DNA from: Candidatus Scalinduaceae bacterium
GTDB lineage: Bacteria; Planctomycetota; Brocadiia; Brocadiales; Scalinduaceae
Direction of reading: 5' to 3'
NCBI GenBank assembly: GCA_046759445.1
Contig: JBHICG010000011.1
Span: 1 to 64,000, forward strand
Length of the DNA stretch: 64,000 nucleotides
Part shown: piece by piece, positions 51,804-61,746 of the stretch
Numbering within the stretch: position 1 is the first letter of the stretch
Layout: each line of letters opens with the position of its first letter
Notes under the pieces: model-generated
Told to the model about the DNA's origin: nothing
The model's input: only the letters and a program-made list of their open reading frames with translations
The model's database searches: none
Made by a program: the position numbers and the translations under genes

Positions 51804-52907
51804 ATGCAAATAACACACAATACAATTGATACACGTTTATGCGATATATACGAAAAAGTCATGGGTGGAAAACGCCTCGATTATGAGGACGGTATAAAAT
51901 TATTTGAGTCCACTGAAATTCTTGATCTGGGCAATCTTGCAAACATAATAAGAGAAAGAAAGAATAAAAACAACGGTTATTATATTATAAACCGACACAT
52001 AAATTATACTAATATTTGTAAAAACAGATGCAAGTTTTGTGCATTTAGTCGTAACAAGGAGGATAACGGCGCATACCTTTTGAGCACTGAAGAAATATTA
52101 GATAAGGCTTCACAAGTTGTTTATAATGGAGCAACTGAATTACACATTGTTGGAGGCCTGCATCCAGAATTGGGAATAGATTATTACATTAAAATGATAA
52201 ATTTACTTCACGAGCGTTTTCCTGATGTACATTTACAGGCATTCACTGCCGTTGAGATCGCTCACTTTGCAGACATATCTGGAATAACAATACATGAAAC
52301 ACTAAAGGAGCTGAAAAATGCTGGTTTAGGTTCACTTCCTGGGGGCGGAGCTGAGGTTTTTTCACCAAGTATCAGAGAAGAACTTTGTCCAGAAAAACTT
52401 AGTGGTGAAGATTGGTTGAAAACCATGCGTGAAGCGCATTATTTAGGTTTAAGAAGCAATGCGACCATGCTATACGGTCACATAGAAAAAAATAAAGATA
52501 GAGTAGCCCATTTGCTAAAACTACGCGAATTACAAGATGAGACAAACGGATTCATGTCCTTTATCCCTCTTGCATTTCACCCAAAAAACACAGACCTACA
52601 GAACTTCTCCAATACAGCAGGAATGTTAGATTTAAAAATGCTCGCAATAGGGAGATTAATGCTGGATAATTTTGATCACATAAAGGCATTCTGGATAATG
52701 CTTGGTATTAAGCTAGCTCAAGTGTCGCTTAGTTTTGGAGTTGATGACATAGACGGAACGGTGGCAGAAGAGAAAATTACTCATTCAGCAGGTGCAGAAA
52801 CACCAGAGGCGTTAACGGTTGATGAAATTGAGTCATTAATAAGAGAAACGGGGCATGACCCTGTTGAGAGAGACACTCTTTACAATCGAATAACTAGAGG
52901 TAATTAA
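51804..52907 (+). CDS. mqnE: Aminofutalosine synthase (radical SAM, CofH/MqnE family)
   Basis: NRHINYTNICKNRCKFCAF, ELHIVGGLHP, AFTAVEI, HIKAFWIM and EEKITHSAGA. Confidence 0.88.
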   Translation: MQITHNTIDTRLCDIYEKVMGGKRLDYEDGIKLFESTEILDLGNLANIIRERKNKNNGYYIINRHINYTNICKNRCKFCAFSRNKEDNGAYLLSTEEILDKASQVVYNGATELHIVGGLHPELGIDYYIKMINLLHERFPDVHLQAFTAVEIAHFADISGITIHETLKELKNAGLGSLPGGGAEVFSPSIREELCPEKLSGEDWLKTMREAHYLGLRSNATMLYGHIEKNKDRVAHLLKLRELQDETNGFMSFIPLAFHPKNTDLQNFSNTAGMLDLKMLAIGRLMLDNFDHIKAFWIMLGIKLAQVSLSFGVDDIDGTVAEEKITHSAGAETPEALTVDEIESLIRETGHDPVERDTLYNRITRGN

Positions 52908-53033
52908 TCTGGATAAGCACAATATAGGAAATATCTCAATAAGATTGCTTATCTACCCCTCCATTTAAAATTGTAGTTACCACGAAAGAAGCTATTTTTA
53001 AAATTTATATTTCTGTAAATAGCTTCAAAAAAA

Positions 53034-53081
53034 AGAAGGCTCTTTAAAATGTCCTTACAGACATATTAAAGAGCCCTTTTG
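53034..53081. terminator. Bidirectional intrinsic terminator between convergent genes
   Basis: Stem AAGGCTCTTTAA..TTAAAGAGCCCTT with flanking A and T runs. Confidence 0.65.
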
Positions 53082-53094
53082 AATTTAATTTTTG

Positions 53095-53490
53095 CTACTT
53101 GGCAGCAAAAGCTCTAACTATATTAATAAGCTTCTTAATAGCGCCTTCTGAAATCCTTCCTCTGCATTGTGTACAACCTTTGTCATTAGCTTCAAGGAAC
53201 TTGGTTAACTGCTCGTCCGTAACAGAAGCCTGCCATTTTGCATCAGTGAAGTCGGGAACTCCCATTTTCTTACCTTCTGATGTTCCTTTGCCACCATTAC
53301 CATGGCAATAAACACAAGTTTCCATTGTTCCAAATGACCCCTGAATAGCTCCAGTTGCGAAAACAAAGTAATAGCTCTTTTCTGGATTTCCAATCAAGTC
53401 ATCCAATTCATCTGCCTGACTAGAAGAGCTAATTGCGAAACATGATACTGCAAGTATTGCTAATATACATAAAAAATTTACTTTTTTCAT
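53095..53490 (-). CDS. Monoheme class I cytochrome c with Cys at the distal-ligand position (NaxS-like)
   Basis: Signal peptide, CVYCH, and KGCTQC where class I cytochromes usually carry the axial Met. Confidence 0.7.
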   Translation of the reverse strand: MKKVNFLCILAILAVSCFAISSSSQADELDDLIGNPEKSYYFVFATGAIQGSFGTMETCVYCHGNGGKGTSEGKKMGVPDFTDAKWQASVTDEQLTKFLEANDKGCTQCRGRISEGAIKKLINIVRAFAAK

Positions 53491-53578
53491 TTTTTTATTA
53501 TCCCCCCTCTAATAGTAACATTTAAAAATTTACTTAAAACTTGAGCGATAAAATTAGACACATAAGTAAAAACATTGG

Positions 53579-53995
53579 TTAAGGTCTCAACCTTTTTTCA
53601 GTTTGATATACCTTATGGCATGCCTTGCATGAAAGATATAGAAACCTTAAAGAATGGCCGACTGACTCAACAGAACCTTCCGCTGCTTTAGCAGCTGCCG
53701 TGTGTATATCTTCAAGATGAGTAGAGACTAGTTTAGTAATTGCTGCATGATTTTTGTCATTATGTGTACGTTTTCCTTCGTTATCAAGCATGGCCTTTGC
53801 TGCCGCTGCAACACCCTTAAAATCATATGGATTGAATTCATCACCTGGGAGCAAGCCATCATTCATTTTGATTTTTAAATAATAGTCAATCTGTTTTTTG
53901 CAAATATCCTTATCTGATCCATAACCAATTGATGCACTTGCGACAAATAATGATAGTGAAATTATGCATACTACTAAAATGTTTTTTCCCTTCAT
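53579..53995 (-). CDS. Class II (four-helix) cytochrome c with an extra N-terminal Cys (NaxL-like)
   Basis: Signal peptide, DICKKQ, C-terminal CKACH; directly upstream of the NaxS-like gene. Confidence 0.7.
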   Translation of the reverse strand: MKGKNILVVCIISLSLFVASASIGYGSDKDICKKQIDYYLKIKMNDGLLPGDEFNPYDFKGVAAAAKAMLDNEGKRTHNDKNHAAITKLVSTHLEDIHTAAAKAAEGSVESVGHSLRFLYLSCKACHKVYQTEKRLRP

Positions 53996-54274
53996 TTTAC
54001 TTCTGCCTCCTTAATGAAATTACAATAGTTTTATATCAGCTAGTTAAAGACATTGACTCAACATAAGTTCAACTATTAACTAACCTTAGTAAAGTTCAGC
54101 AAACCCATTTCCGGTTTAAAACTTCACCCCCCCTTCCCTTTTTAATTATTTTTACAGAAATATTTGACCTAAATATCACAAAACTGGAACGAATATATCA
54201 ATAAGTAAGAATAGAGTCAAGCAAAAAACATACTCCAAATTATTTCATAAGTCATGATAGATAATTTACGAAAA

Positions 54275-54772
54275 CTATGGTAATGGAGGTATTTCTTTGT
54301 CTTTTTTCTTGTACAACTGTGGATATATATGGATGTCTAAATGCTTATGGCATTTAGCACATGTTCGCCTTAAAATTCTCACCTGCCACTGTGCATCTTC
54401 AAGGGCCCCTTCATTATCTTTATTTTTAGCTACCTCCACCATTTTTTCTGCTGCAATTTGCATCTTTTCCATTAATTCTTGATATGTCCAATTATCAGGT
54501 CGTGAAAATTTCCTCCGTATAAGTTTTGTTACTTTCACCATATTTTGTCCTGACTCAAGAACTATTTTCCAGTGTTTTTTTTTGTATTTATACCATCCCG
54601 ACATTTCTTCTACTACTTTATAGTTTTTATCAATTTTTTGCATCATCTTTGCCAATTCGCTCTTCTCTTTTTCCGGTTCTGCCGGCACGACATCCTGTAC
54701 GCCTCGTACCTCATTACAAAAACAGACTAAAAATAAAAAACAAAAAGTAATTATTACCTTGTTAATATACAT
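54275..54772 (-). CDS. Class II cytochrome c (c'-like); start likely ATG 54772
   Basis: Signal peptide, ELAKMMQKI helix, C-terminal CAKCH. Confidence 0.75.
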   Translation of the reverse strand: MYINKVIITFCFLFLVCFCNEVRGVQDVVPAEPEKEKSELAKMMQKIDKNYKVVEEMSGWYKYKKKHWKIVLESGQNMVKVTKLIRRKFSRPDNWTYQELMEKMQIAAEKMVEVAKNKDNEGALEDAQWQVRILRRTCAKCHKHLDIHIYPQLYKKKDKEIPPLP

Positions 54773-54815
54773 TGTATAATTCCTTCTATTAAAAAATTTG
54801 TGAATATTTTTAGTG

Positions 54816-54832
54816 TGCAGAAAACATGCCGA
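54816..54832 (-). promoter_or_regulatory. Putative sigma54 (-24/-12) promoter
   Basis: Minus strand TCGGCATGTTTTCTGCA has GG-N10-GC, about 45 bp upstream of the cytochrome start. Confidence 0.45.
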
Positions 54833-55242
54833 TTTTTCAAAATTATATAAAAAATGTAAGATATGATAAATTAAAGCCTTAAGTTCAGCAACACACAATA
54901 AGGGCAGGATTATAACAAATATTCGGCGAATTTCAACCGTTATATTGAACTATAATAGCCAAATTTGCCTAAAAATATAACTCTCCTTGATATTTTTAAC
55001 AAAATTTAAACCATCAATAAGGGGTTCAAAAATATTGTCTTTTTGGATGCAAATAATGCCTGTCTGTAAATTTCTTGCAAATAATAATTTCCAACAATAT
55101 AATTCTTTATAATAATTAGCAAAAAGAAAGCAGTTCTTCCTAATTTGGGCTTACAACTCTATTCACGATGAAAATAAAAGTGTAATCTTAAGCGCTTTTT
55201 TTTAATTTTCATGGCAATTTTTAAGCAGGAACAAGCTTTATT

Positions 55243-56949
55243 ATGAGGTGGACACAAACCTTTATACCAACCTTGAAAGAAAATCCAAGTGACGCTGAGA
55301 TTGATAGTCACAAACTAATGATACGATCAGGTATGATTAGAAAACTATCTGCTGGTGTTTACTCGTATTTGCCACTTGGGAGTAAGGTACTAAATAAAGT
55401 AAAAAACATCATCAGAGAAGAAATGAACGCATCCGGTGCTATAGAAATATTTTTACCTGCTATACAACCATTAACCCTTATTGAGATTAGTGGTAGAATC
55501 AATGTTTTTGGCAACGATTTATTATGCATTAAGGATCGTCACGGGAAGGAAATGGCCTTGAGTCCCACGCATGAAGAGGTAATCACTGATTTAATTAAAA
55601 ATGAACTCAACTCATATAAGCATTTACCTTTAATTCTTTATCAAATACAGACTAAGTTCAGAGACGAAGTAAGGCCAAGATTTGGTGTGTTACGAAGCAA
55701 AGAATTTCTAATGAAGGATGCCTACAGCTTTGATATAGATAATGAAGGCTTAAACACCAGTTATCAGAAAATGTATGAAACATATTGCAGAATAATGGAG
55801 CGTTGCAAATTGGATTATTTGGCAATAGAAGCAGATTCAGGCGCTATGGGTGGTGAAGTTTCACATGAATTTATGGTTCCTAACAAAAATGGAGAGGATG
55901 TAATAATTAAATGTAGAAGTTGTGATTATACTGCAAATATAGAGAAGGCTAAACCTGCTCCAATCAATTCTAAAGATAGCACTAGCTTGGAAGGATTAAA
56001 GGAGGTTTCTACTCCTAATATGACGACAATAAAAGAGGTGAGCGATTTCCTGGGAGTTGAACCTGACAAAATGATAAAGACCTTGATCTATTCATATAAT
56101 AATAAAAATGTAGCTGTCTTAATACGTGGAGACCATGATGTCAATGAGACCAAGTTGGCTAAGGCATTATCGCAGGATAAAATTACATTGGCTGATGAAG
56201 ATACGGTCGTTAAACTGACAAATTCTCCTGTGGGCTTTGCAGGACCTATTGGTTTAAAAACACGGATTATTGCAGATCAGGCAGTTTCAATACTAAATAA
56301 CTGTGTCGTGGGAGGCAACAAGGCAGATACTCACATTGTAAATGCAAATTTAGAGAGAGATTATAAAATTGATAAAGTAGCTGACATTCGGTATGTCACT
56401 GAAGGTGATAAATGTCCAAAATGTAAGGAGCTACTCGACATTTCTCACGGTATTGAAATAGGACATGTTTTTAAGTTGGGCACGAAATATAGTGAAGCAT
56501 TAGGTGCAAAATTTCTCGATAGATCAGGAAAGGAACATCCCATAGTAATGGGATCATATGGTATCGGCTTAAACAGAATTATAGCTGCTACAATTGAAAA
56601 ATCTCATGACTCTAATGGTATTATCTGGCCATTACCGCTATCGCCATACGAGGTCTTAGTCTTACCCGTGAATACTAGAGACGGCATTTTAATGAATACT
56701 GCTACAAATATTTATGATGAATTGTGCAAAGCAGGGATTGAGACATTATTTGACGATAGAGACCAGAGGCCTGGTTTCAAATTTAAGGACGCAGATCTCA
56801 TAGGTATACCAATAAGAATAACTGTTGGTAATCGCTTCAAAGAAAATGGCGAAGTTGAAATCAAGATACGTTCTGAAAATAAAACACATTTTTCAAGGCT
56901 GGAAAACATAACCACAGAGATAAGGAACCTTATAAATTCCTTGAAATGA
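55243..56949 (+). CDS. proS: Proline--tRNA ligase (bacterial type with editing domain)
   Basis: PTLKENP, PTHEE, KFRDEVRPRFG, MKDAYSFD, GIEIGHVFKLG and MGSYGIG. Confidence 0.97.
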   Translation: MRWTQTFIPTLKENPSDAEIDSHKLMIRSGMIRKLSAGVYSYLPLGSKVLNKVKNIIREEMNASGAIEIFLPAIQPLTLIEISGRINVFGNDLLCIKDRHGKEMALSPTHEEVITDLIKNELNSYKHLPLILYQIQTKFRDEVRPRFGVLRSKEFLMKDAYSFDIDNEGLNTSYQKMYETYCRIMERCKLDYLAIEADSGAMGGEVSHEFMVPNKNGEDVIIKCRSCDYTANIEKAKPAPINSKDSTSLEGLKEVSTPNMTTIKEVSDFLGVEPDKMIKTLIYSYNNKNVAVLIRGDHDVNETKLAKALSQDKITLADEDTVVKLTNSPVGFAGPIGLKTRIIADQAVSILNNCVVGGNKADTHIVNANLERDYKIDKVADIRYVTEGDKCPKCKELLDISHGIEIGHVFKLGTKYSEALGAKFLDRSGKEHPIVMGSYGIGLNRIIAATIEKSHDSNGIIWPLPLSPYEVLVLPVNTRDGILMNTATNIYDELCKAGIETLFDDRDQRPGFKFKDADLIGIPIRITVGNRFKENGEVEIKIRSENKTHFSRLENITTEIRNLINSLK

Positions 56950-57107
56950 AGTTAGTTATTGTTGAATTGAAAGCCGTTGAAAAAGTTGAACCAATCCATG
57001 AAGCACAATTATTGACATATCTAAAACTTGCTAATTTATGGCTTGGTCTCCTAATAAATTTTATTGTTCCAACATTAAAGGAAGGTATTCGTAGAATAGT
57101 TAACTAA
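56946..57107 (+). pseudogene. C-terminal fragment of a GxxExxY-family protein
   Basis: Manual translation MKLVIVELKAVEKVEPIHEAQLLTYLKLANLWLGLLINFIVPTLKEGIRRIVN*; the N-terminal GxxExxY half is missing. Confidence 0.85.
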
Positions 57108-57143
57108 TCTTTATGGACTTTGTGCCTTTGTGGTTTTGTTGTT

Positions 57144-57680
57144 ATGTCTGAGATTAGCTATCCAAAACCCGTAAAACTAATTATTGGAATTCTCTCCGGA
57201 ATTAAAATATTACTGGAAGATATCGAAATCTTGCTTGAAAAACGTCTGGGTAAAATTGACCTTAAGAGTGAAGTATTCCCATTTGATTATACAGACTACT
57301 ACGAAAAAGAAATGGGGGTCAATATCTTAAGAAAGTTTCTGAGTTTTAAGAATCTTATAGATCCTGAAGAAATTTCATCAATTAAAGTATGGACTAATCA
57401 GCTAGAGGATGAGTTCAAACAGAATAAGTATGATGTAATTCGACCAATCAATTTAGATCCAGGATATCTGTCACATTGTAACCTAATACTAGCCTCTACG
57501 AAGGATTATTATCACCGTATTTATCTGCAAGACGGTATTTACGCAGAGGTCACATTGTTTTACCAGGAAGGAAAGTATGAAAATTTACCATGGACTTATC
57601 CAGATTACAAAACTGAGGAATATAAAGATTTTTTTTCAAAAGTAAGGACATTGTATGCAAAAGACATTAATCATAATTAA
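57144..57680 (+). CDS. DUF4416 family protein
   Basis: FDYTDYYEKEMG, RPINLDPGY, LASTKDYYHRIYL..GIYAE and PWTYPDY. Confidence 0.85.
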   Translation: MSEISYPKPVKLIIGILSGIKILLEDIEILLEKRLGKIDLKSEVFPFDYTDYYEKEMGVNILRKFLSFKNLIDPEEISSIKVWTNQLEDEFKQNKYDVIRPINLDPGYLSHCNLILASTKDYYHRIYLQDGIYAEVTLFYQEGKYENLPWTYPDYKTEEYKDFFSKVRTLYAKDINHN

Positions 57681-58125
57681 GCCTGATGCCATTCAACGCC
57701 GATTGATTGGTAAGATAATTACAAGATTTGAAGAAAAGGGACTTGAAATATTAGGGTTAAGATTGATGGTTATATCTGAAGAATTAGCCAGAAAGAATTA
57801 TTCCGTTCATGAAGGTAAGAGCTTTTATGAAAAACTTATAAAATTCATGACTTCCGGGCCCGTAATAGTCTTAGTTCTAAGAGGAAAAAACGCTATAGAA
57901 GTTGCGCGAAATATGATGGGTAGCACATTTGGACACGAGGCAGTCCCTGGAACAATAAGAGGTGACTTTGCTATAAGTAATCGTTTTAATCTAATACATG
58001 GTTCAGACACCGTCGAATCTGCCGAAAGGGAAATTGAGCTTTTCTTTGGTAAAGACAACCTGTTAGAATATGAACGGACTGATTTACAATGGATTTATGA
58101 CATGTCAGGAGATGATATTATTTAA
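57655..58125 (+). CDS. ndk: Nucleoside diphosphate kinase
   Basis: TLIIIKPDA, FMTSGP, PGTIRGDF and NLIHGSD. Confidence 0.97.
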   Translation: MQKTLIIIKPDAIQRRLIGKIITRFEEKGLEILGLRLMVISEELARKNYSVHEGKSFYEKLIKFMTSGPVIVLVLRGKNAIEVARNMMGSTFGHEAVPGTIRGDFAISNRFNLIHGSDTVESAEREIELFFGKDNLLEYERTDLQWIYDMSGDDII

Positions 58126-58357
58126 ACGGTAACCGCAAAGGCGCAAAGGATGGTAAAAGTAATAAAGAAACAACTTTTGACGTATTTAAAATGGATATAT
58201 TGATTAATTTCGCGGACTAAAATACAAGTCCGTAAAATGTTCCAATACTCAAAAATGGAATTAAGAACTCCCCTATCTCCCCCTTTAGTAAAGGGGGAAG
58301 GAGGGGGATTTTGAAACTTTGCGTTCTTTGTGCTTTTGCGGTAAATTATCACTTTAA

Positions 58358-59191
58358 ATGCAATTCAAAACATTTACGTTATCAGTTTTTTTAATTACCA
58401 TCCTCTCCTTTGGTTGTGCCACACACAAAACCAAACCTCTTGTTAGAAATGAACTAATACATAAATCCGAAATTGATATTAGCAAGATTAAGGATCTCTC
58501 ATTTCTTCAAGTAAAGGAAAATTTAGTTTTAGAAGGACGTAAACTTACCACTCTCAAGGCAAAGGCCGACATAACAATAATAACTCCAGAGAGGAATGGT
58601 ACCTTCAGGTGTAAGGGAGTTTTAAGATTTCAAAGACCAAATAAAATAAGAATAATTGGTTCTAAACTTGCAATCACTGCATTTGACATGGTATCGGATG
58701 GAGAAAGCTTCTGGTTCCACTTACCCAAGCAGAAGGTAGTTTATACAGGTAAAAGTAATATGACACGTAAGACGCACAACAATGCATATATGTTTCCCGA
58801 TGATATAGCGGTTCTTTTAGATTATGATAAACTCTTTGAGGGGAAACCAGCCTTTATGGAAACCTGGCCCACATTCTGGTTCATTCACGTATTTGACAAG
58901 GAAGGAGGAGAGTTCACACCATTTAGCAGGTTAAAGGTAGATAGGACAGACAACACAGTAACTGAGCTTACATTATTTAATACTGATAGTTCTATCAAGG
59001 CACATGCCTTTTTTAATGATTATACAAAAATAGACAGTCAAATAATCCCTAGATTTGTTCAAATTGATTGGCCGGAAACCAATACGACATTAAGCTTAAA
59101 CCTAAACAATCTTTCCATAAACGAAACGCTTAAACAAGAAATCTTTCAATTTAAAAGGCCAAGAAAAACGGATATTATCATTATAAATTAG
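58358..59191 (+). CDS. Lipoprotein with LolA/LolB-like (DUF4292-like) fold
   Basis: Lipobox SFGC, LRFQRPNKIRI and DMVSDGESFWF. Confidence 0.6.
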   Translation: MQFKTFTLSVFLITILSFGCATHKTKPLVRNELIHKSEIDISKIKDLSFLQVKENLVLEGRKLTTLKAKADITIITPERNGTFRCKGVLRFQRPNKIRIIGSKLAITAFDMVSDGESFWFHLPKQKVVYTGKSNMTRKTHNNAYMFPDDIAVLLDYDKLFEGKPAFMETWPTFWFIHVFDKEGGEFTPFSRLKVDRTDNTVTELTLFNTDSSIKAHAFFNDYTKIDSQIIPRFVQIDWPETNTTLSLNLNNLSINETLKQEIFQFKRPRKTDIIIIN

Positions 59192-59232
59192 TGATCGATA
59201 ATGTAACCCCCTACTCGTATTTTTAATTTGAT

Positions 59233-59616
59233 ATGATCAAGCAATTCACCATTCAAACGTCAAGGCGTAACGAGTTCATCGACATCACGGCACAGATTCA
59301 AGACCTGGTAGAAGAGGTTTCGGAAGGTGTGGTCACCGTATTTGTCCCCCACACCACAACTGCAGTCACCATTAATGAGAATGCCGACCCGGCCGTTCCC
59401 CGGGACATATTAAAAAAGCTTGAGGATTTAATCCCTCAGCGGGGCAACTATACTCACATGGAAGGTAATAGCGACGCCCATATTAAGGCGTCTCTGCTCG
59501 GTTCGTCCGTAAGAGTTATCATCAAAGACAGTCAACTGTTATTAGGGACCTGGCAGGCAATTTTCTTTTGTGAGTTCGACGGACCCAGGACAAGGAAGTT
59601 CTATGTTCAGATTTAA
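59233..59616 (+). CDS. YjbQ/UPF0047 family protein
   Basis: PHTTTAVTINENADP, HMEGNSDAHIKA and LGTWQAIFFCEFDGPR. Confidence 0.92.
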   Translation: MIKQFTIQTSRRNEFIDITAQIQDLVEEVSEGVVTVFVPHTTTAVTINENADPAVPRDILKKLEDLIPQRGNYTHMEGNSDAHIKASLLGSSVRVIIKDSQLLLGTWQAIFFCEFDGPRTRKFYVQI

Positions 59617-60252
59617 TTTGATTCTGTCTTAAGCCTCAGAGAACACAGAGTGCACAGAGAAAGATAAAGCATAAGACAAAAACATTTAGACAGGATATAC
59701 AGGATGAACAAAAATTAACACGGAAATGTACGGAAAGAAAAAACTTTAACTTAGAAATCGTTATTAGTTATTCGTCAATCGTAAATCCCAAATCGTAAAT
59801 CTCCTCATCTTTCACACTCCCATTCTCAATTTCTCCCTATGGTTCGACTTGCTCACCATTTAGCTTAATACATATCGCTACGCTCGATACTGAGCTAAGT
59901 ACCGAGTAAACCGAGGTGTTGAGGGGGTCGGCTGAGGCGCGCTCTAAGCCATTGCAGAAGTACTCCCTGCTGCTTAACTAACCCCCCTCTTTTTTCTTGA
60001 TTAATGAAGAGGCCAATAGTCATTTGGAAAATTTTAACTCAATCTCTTTTCAATCAGGTCATTATTCTCATAAAATAGTTGATATAACACCACAAAAATG
60101 CATATTACATAGATTTAAAAAAGGAGATAAAGTTTTGCACCTAAGAATAAGAGAACAGAAAAAGCTGATTGTATCTGTTATTATGAGGTATAATGAAAAG
60201 CAAATATAATAAGAGCGTCTTTAGACAATAATATTCTAAAACAGACTAAATC

Positions 60253-61680
60253 GTGAATATCCTGCTAATCATTACCAATCGTTACCGCGGACCGATTCCA
60301 GTTATTCCTCTTGGTGCGTGCCTGGTTGCAGAGTCCTGTGAACGAGCAGGTCATCAAGTTCAAATGTTGGATTTAATGTTTGAACGGGATCCATTATGTA
60401 CCTTGAGTTCAGTAATCGATAGAACACAACCGGATGTTGTCGGACTTTCCTTACGCAATATTGACAATAATGACATGCAACATCCTGCTGTGTTCTATAA
60501 GGATTTGACGTTACTCATAGATACCATTCGCAGAAAGACGTGTGCAACGGTTGTCATCGGTGGCGCTGCTGTTGGTGTAATGCCGGAAGCATTACTCCGT
60601 TTTACAGGGGCAGATTGGGCAATCTTGGGAGATGGAGAAATTGTTTTTCCAAAATTATTAGCGATGCTATCAAGGGATGAGGTACCGAAAGATATCCCCG
60701 GTGTAGCCTGGATTGACGATACTGTTTTTAGAATAAATACTGGTTATAGCGAACGTTTTTCTGGTAACAGTTTGTTACCGGATTTTCACCGATGGATAAA
60801 AGTACCCTCTTATCTCTCCAGATTTTCCACTGTGCCGGTTCAAACGAAACTGGGGTGCCATTTTAAATGTATTTATTGTACCTATAGAAAGATCGAAGGC
60901 CATGATTATCGCTTGTGCGATACTCATACTATAGCAGAGGTGATTATGGATCTTGCGAAAAGTGGGATGAGAGATATTGAATTTGTTGATAATGTATTTA
61001 ATTCGCCCTATGACCATGCAATGGCTTTATGTGATACAATTGCAAAGTTTCTAACAAATATTCGTCTTCAAACCGTTGAGTTAAATCCGCTTTTTGTAGA
61101 CGATAAACTTATTGGAACAATGGAACAGGCAGGTTTTGTTGGTATTGGTATTACGGTTGAGAGTGCAGCCGACCCTGTTCTTGAACGTTTGAAAAAAGGT
61201 TTCACCGCAAGAGACGTCTATAGGACCTCCGAGGTCATTCAGCACCACAAGATACCGTGTCTCTGGATATTCATGTTCGGTGGGCCGGGTGAAACCGAAG
61301 AGACGGTACAAGAAACCCTCCGCTTTGCGGAAAAGCGTATCAGTCAAAGAGATGTTGCACTTTTTATGATAGGAATACGCATATATCCCGGAACTGAACT
61401 TGAAAACATTGCAAGAGCAGAAGGTATGTTGACCCTGTCTCCCAATGAAATGCTTCAACCGGTATTTTACTTATCTCCAGCCATTAATCTGGAATGGCTA
61501 CTGAAAAAGATTCACAATAGTATGGCAACACACATGAATTTTATGAATCCAAATGCCATTGGTCTTCCATTTCTGCCTGCAATGAATTTTATGGGATACT
61601 GGTTGGGAGTAAAGCCTCCTCTCTGGAAACATACACGTTACATTCGAAGGGGGCTCAGATTGTTAGGGATGGATGTATGA
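60253..61680 (+). CDS. Cobalamin-binding radical SAM enzyme (resembles the lipid-biosynthesis B12/rSAM family TIGR04072)
   Basis: N-terminal B12 domain (PVIPLG...PDVVGLSLRNID...VIGGAA), CxxxCxxC CHFKCIYC, FVDNVFN and GGPGET...GIRIYPGT. Confidence 0.85.
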   Translation: MNILLIITNRYRGPIPVIPLGACLVAESCERAGHQVQMLDLMFERDPLCTLSSVIDRTQPDVVGLSLRNIDNNDMQHPAVFYKDLTLLIDTIRRKTCATVVIGGAAVGVMPEALLRFTGADWAILGDGEIVFPKLLAMLSRDEVPKDIPGVAWIDDTVFRINTGYSERFSGNSLLPDFHRWIKVPSYLSRFSTVPVQTKLGCHFKCIYCTYRKIEGHDYRLCDTHTIAEVIMDLAKSGMRDIEFVDNVFNSPYDHAMALCDTIAKFLTNIRLQTVELNPLFVDDKLIGTMEQAGFVGIGITVESAADPVLERLKKGFTARDVYRTSEVIQHHKIPCLWIFMFGGPGETEETVQETLRFAEKRISQRDVALFMIGIRIYPGTELENIARAEGMLTLSPNEMLQPVFYLSPAINLEWLLKKIHNSMATHMNFMNPNAIGLPFLPAMNFMGYWLGVKPPLWKHTRYIRRGLRLLGMDV

Positions 61681-61746
61681 TCTTACCGGGACAGATGATA
61701 TAGTAAACCAGAACAAAAATCTATTGAAGAAAGTGTATTCCTGCAC

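Noticed and set aside
55048..55060. GGCATTATTTGCA on the minus strand as a sigma54 promoter
   Set aside because: GG-to-GC spacing is 8 rather than the required 10
59997..60209. 70-aa ORF upstream of the rSAM gene as a possible RiPP precursor
   Set aside because: TTG start, no clear RBS, and no leader/core features; the partner enzyme is a PKS
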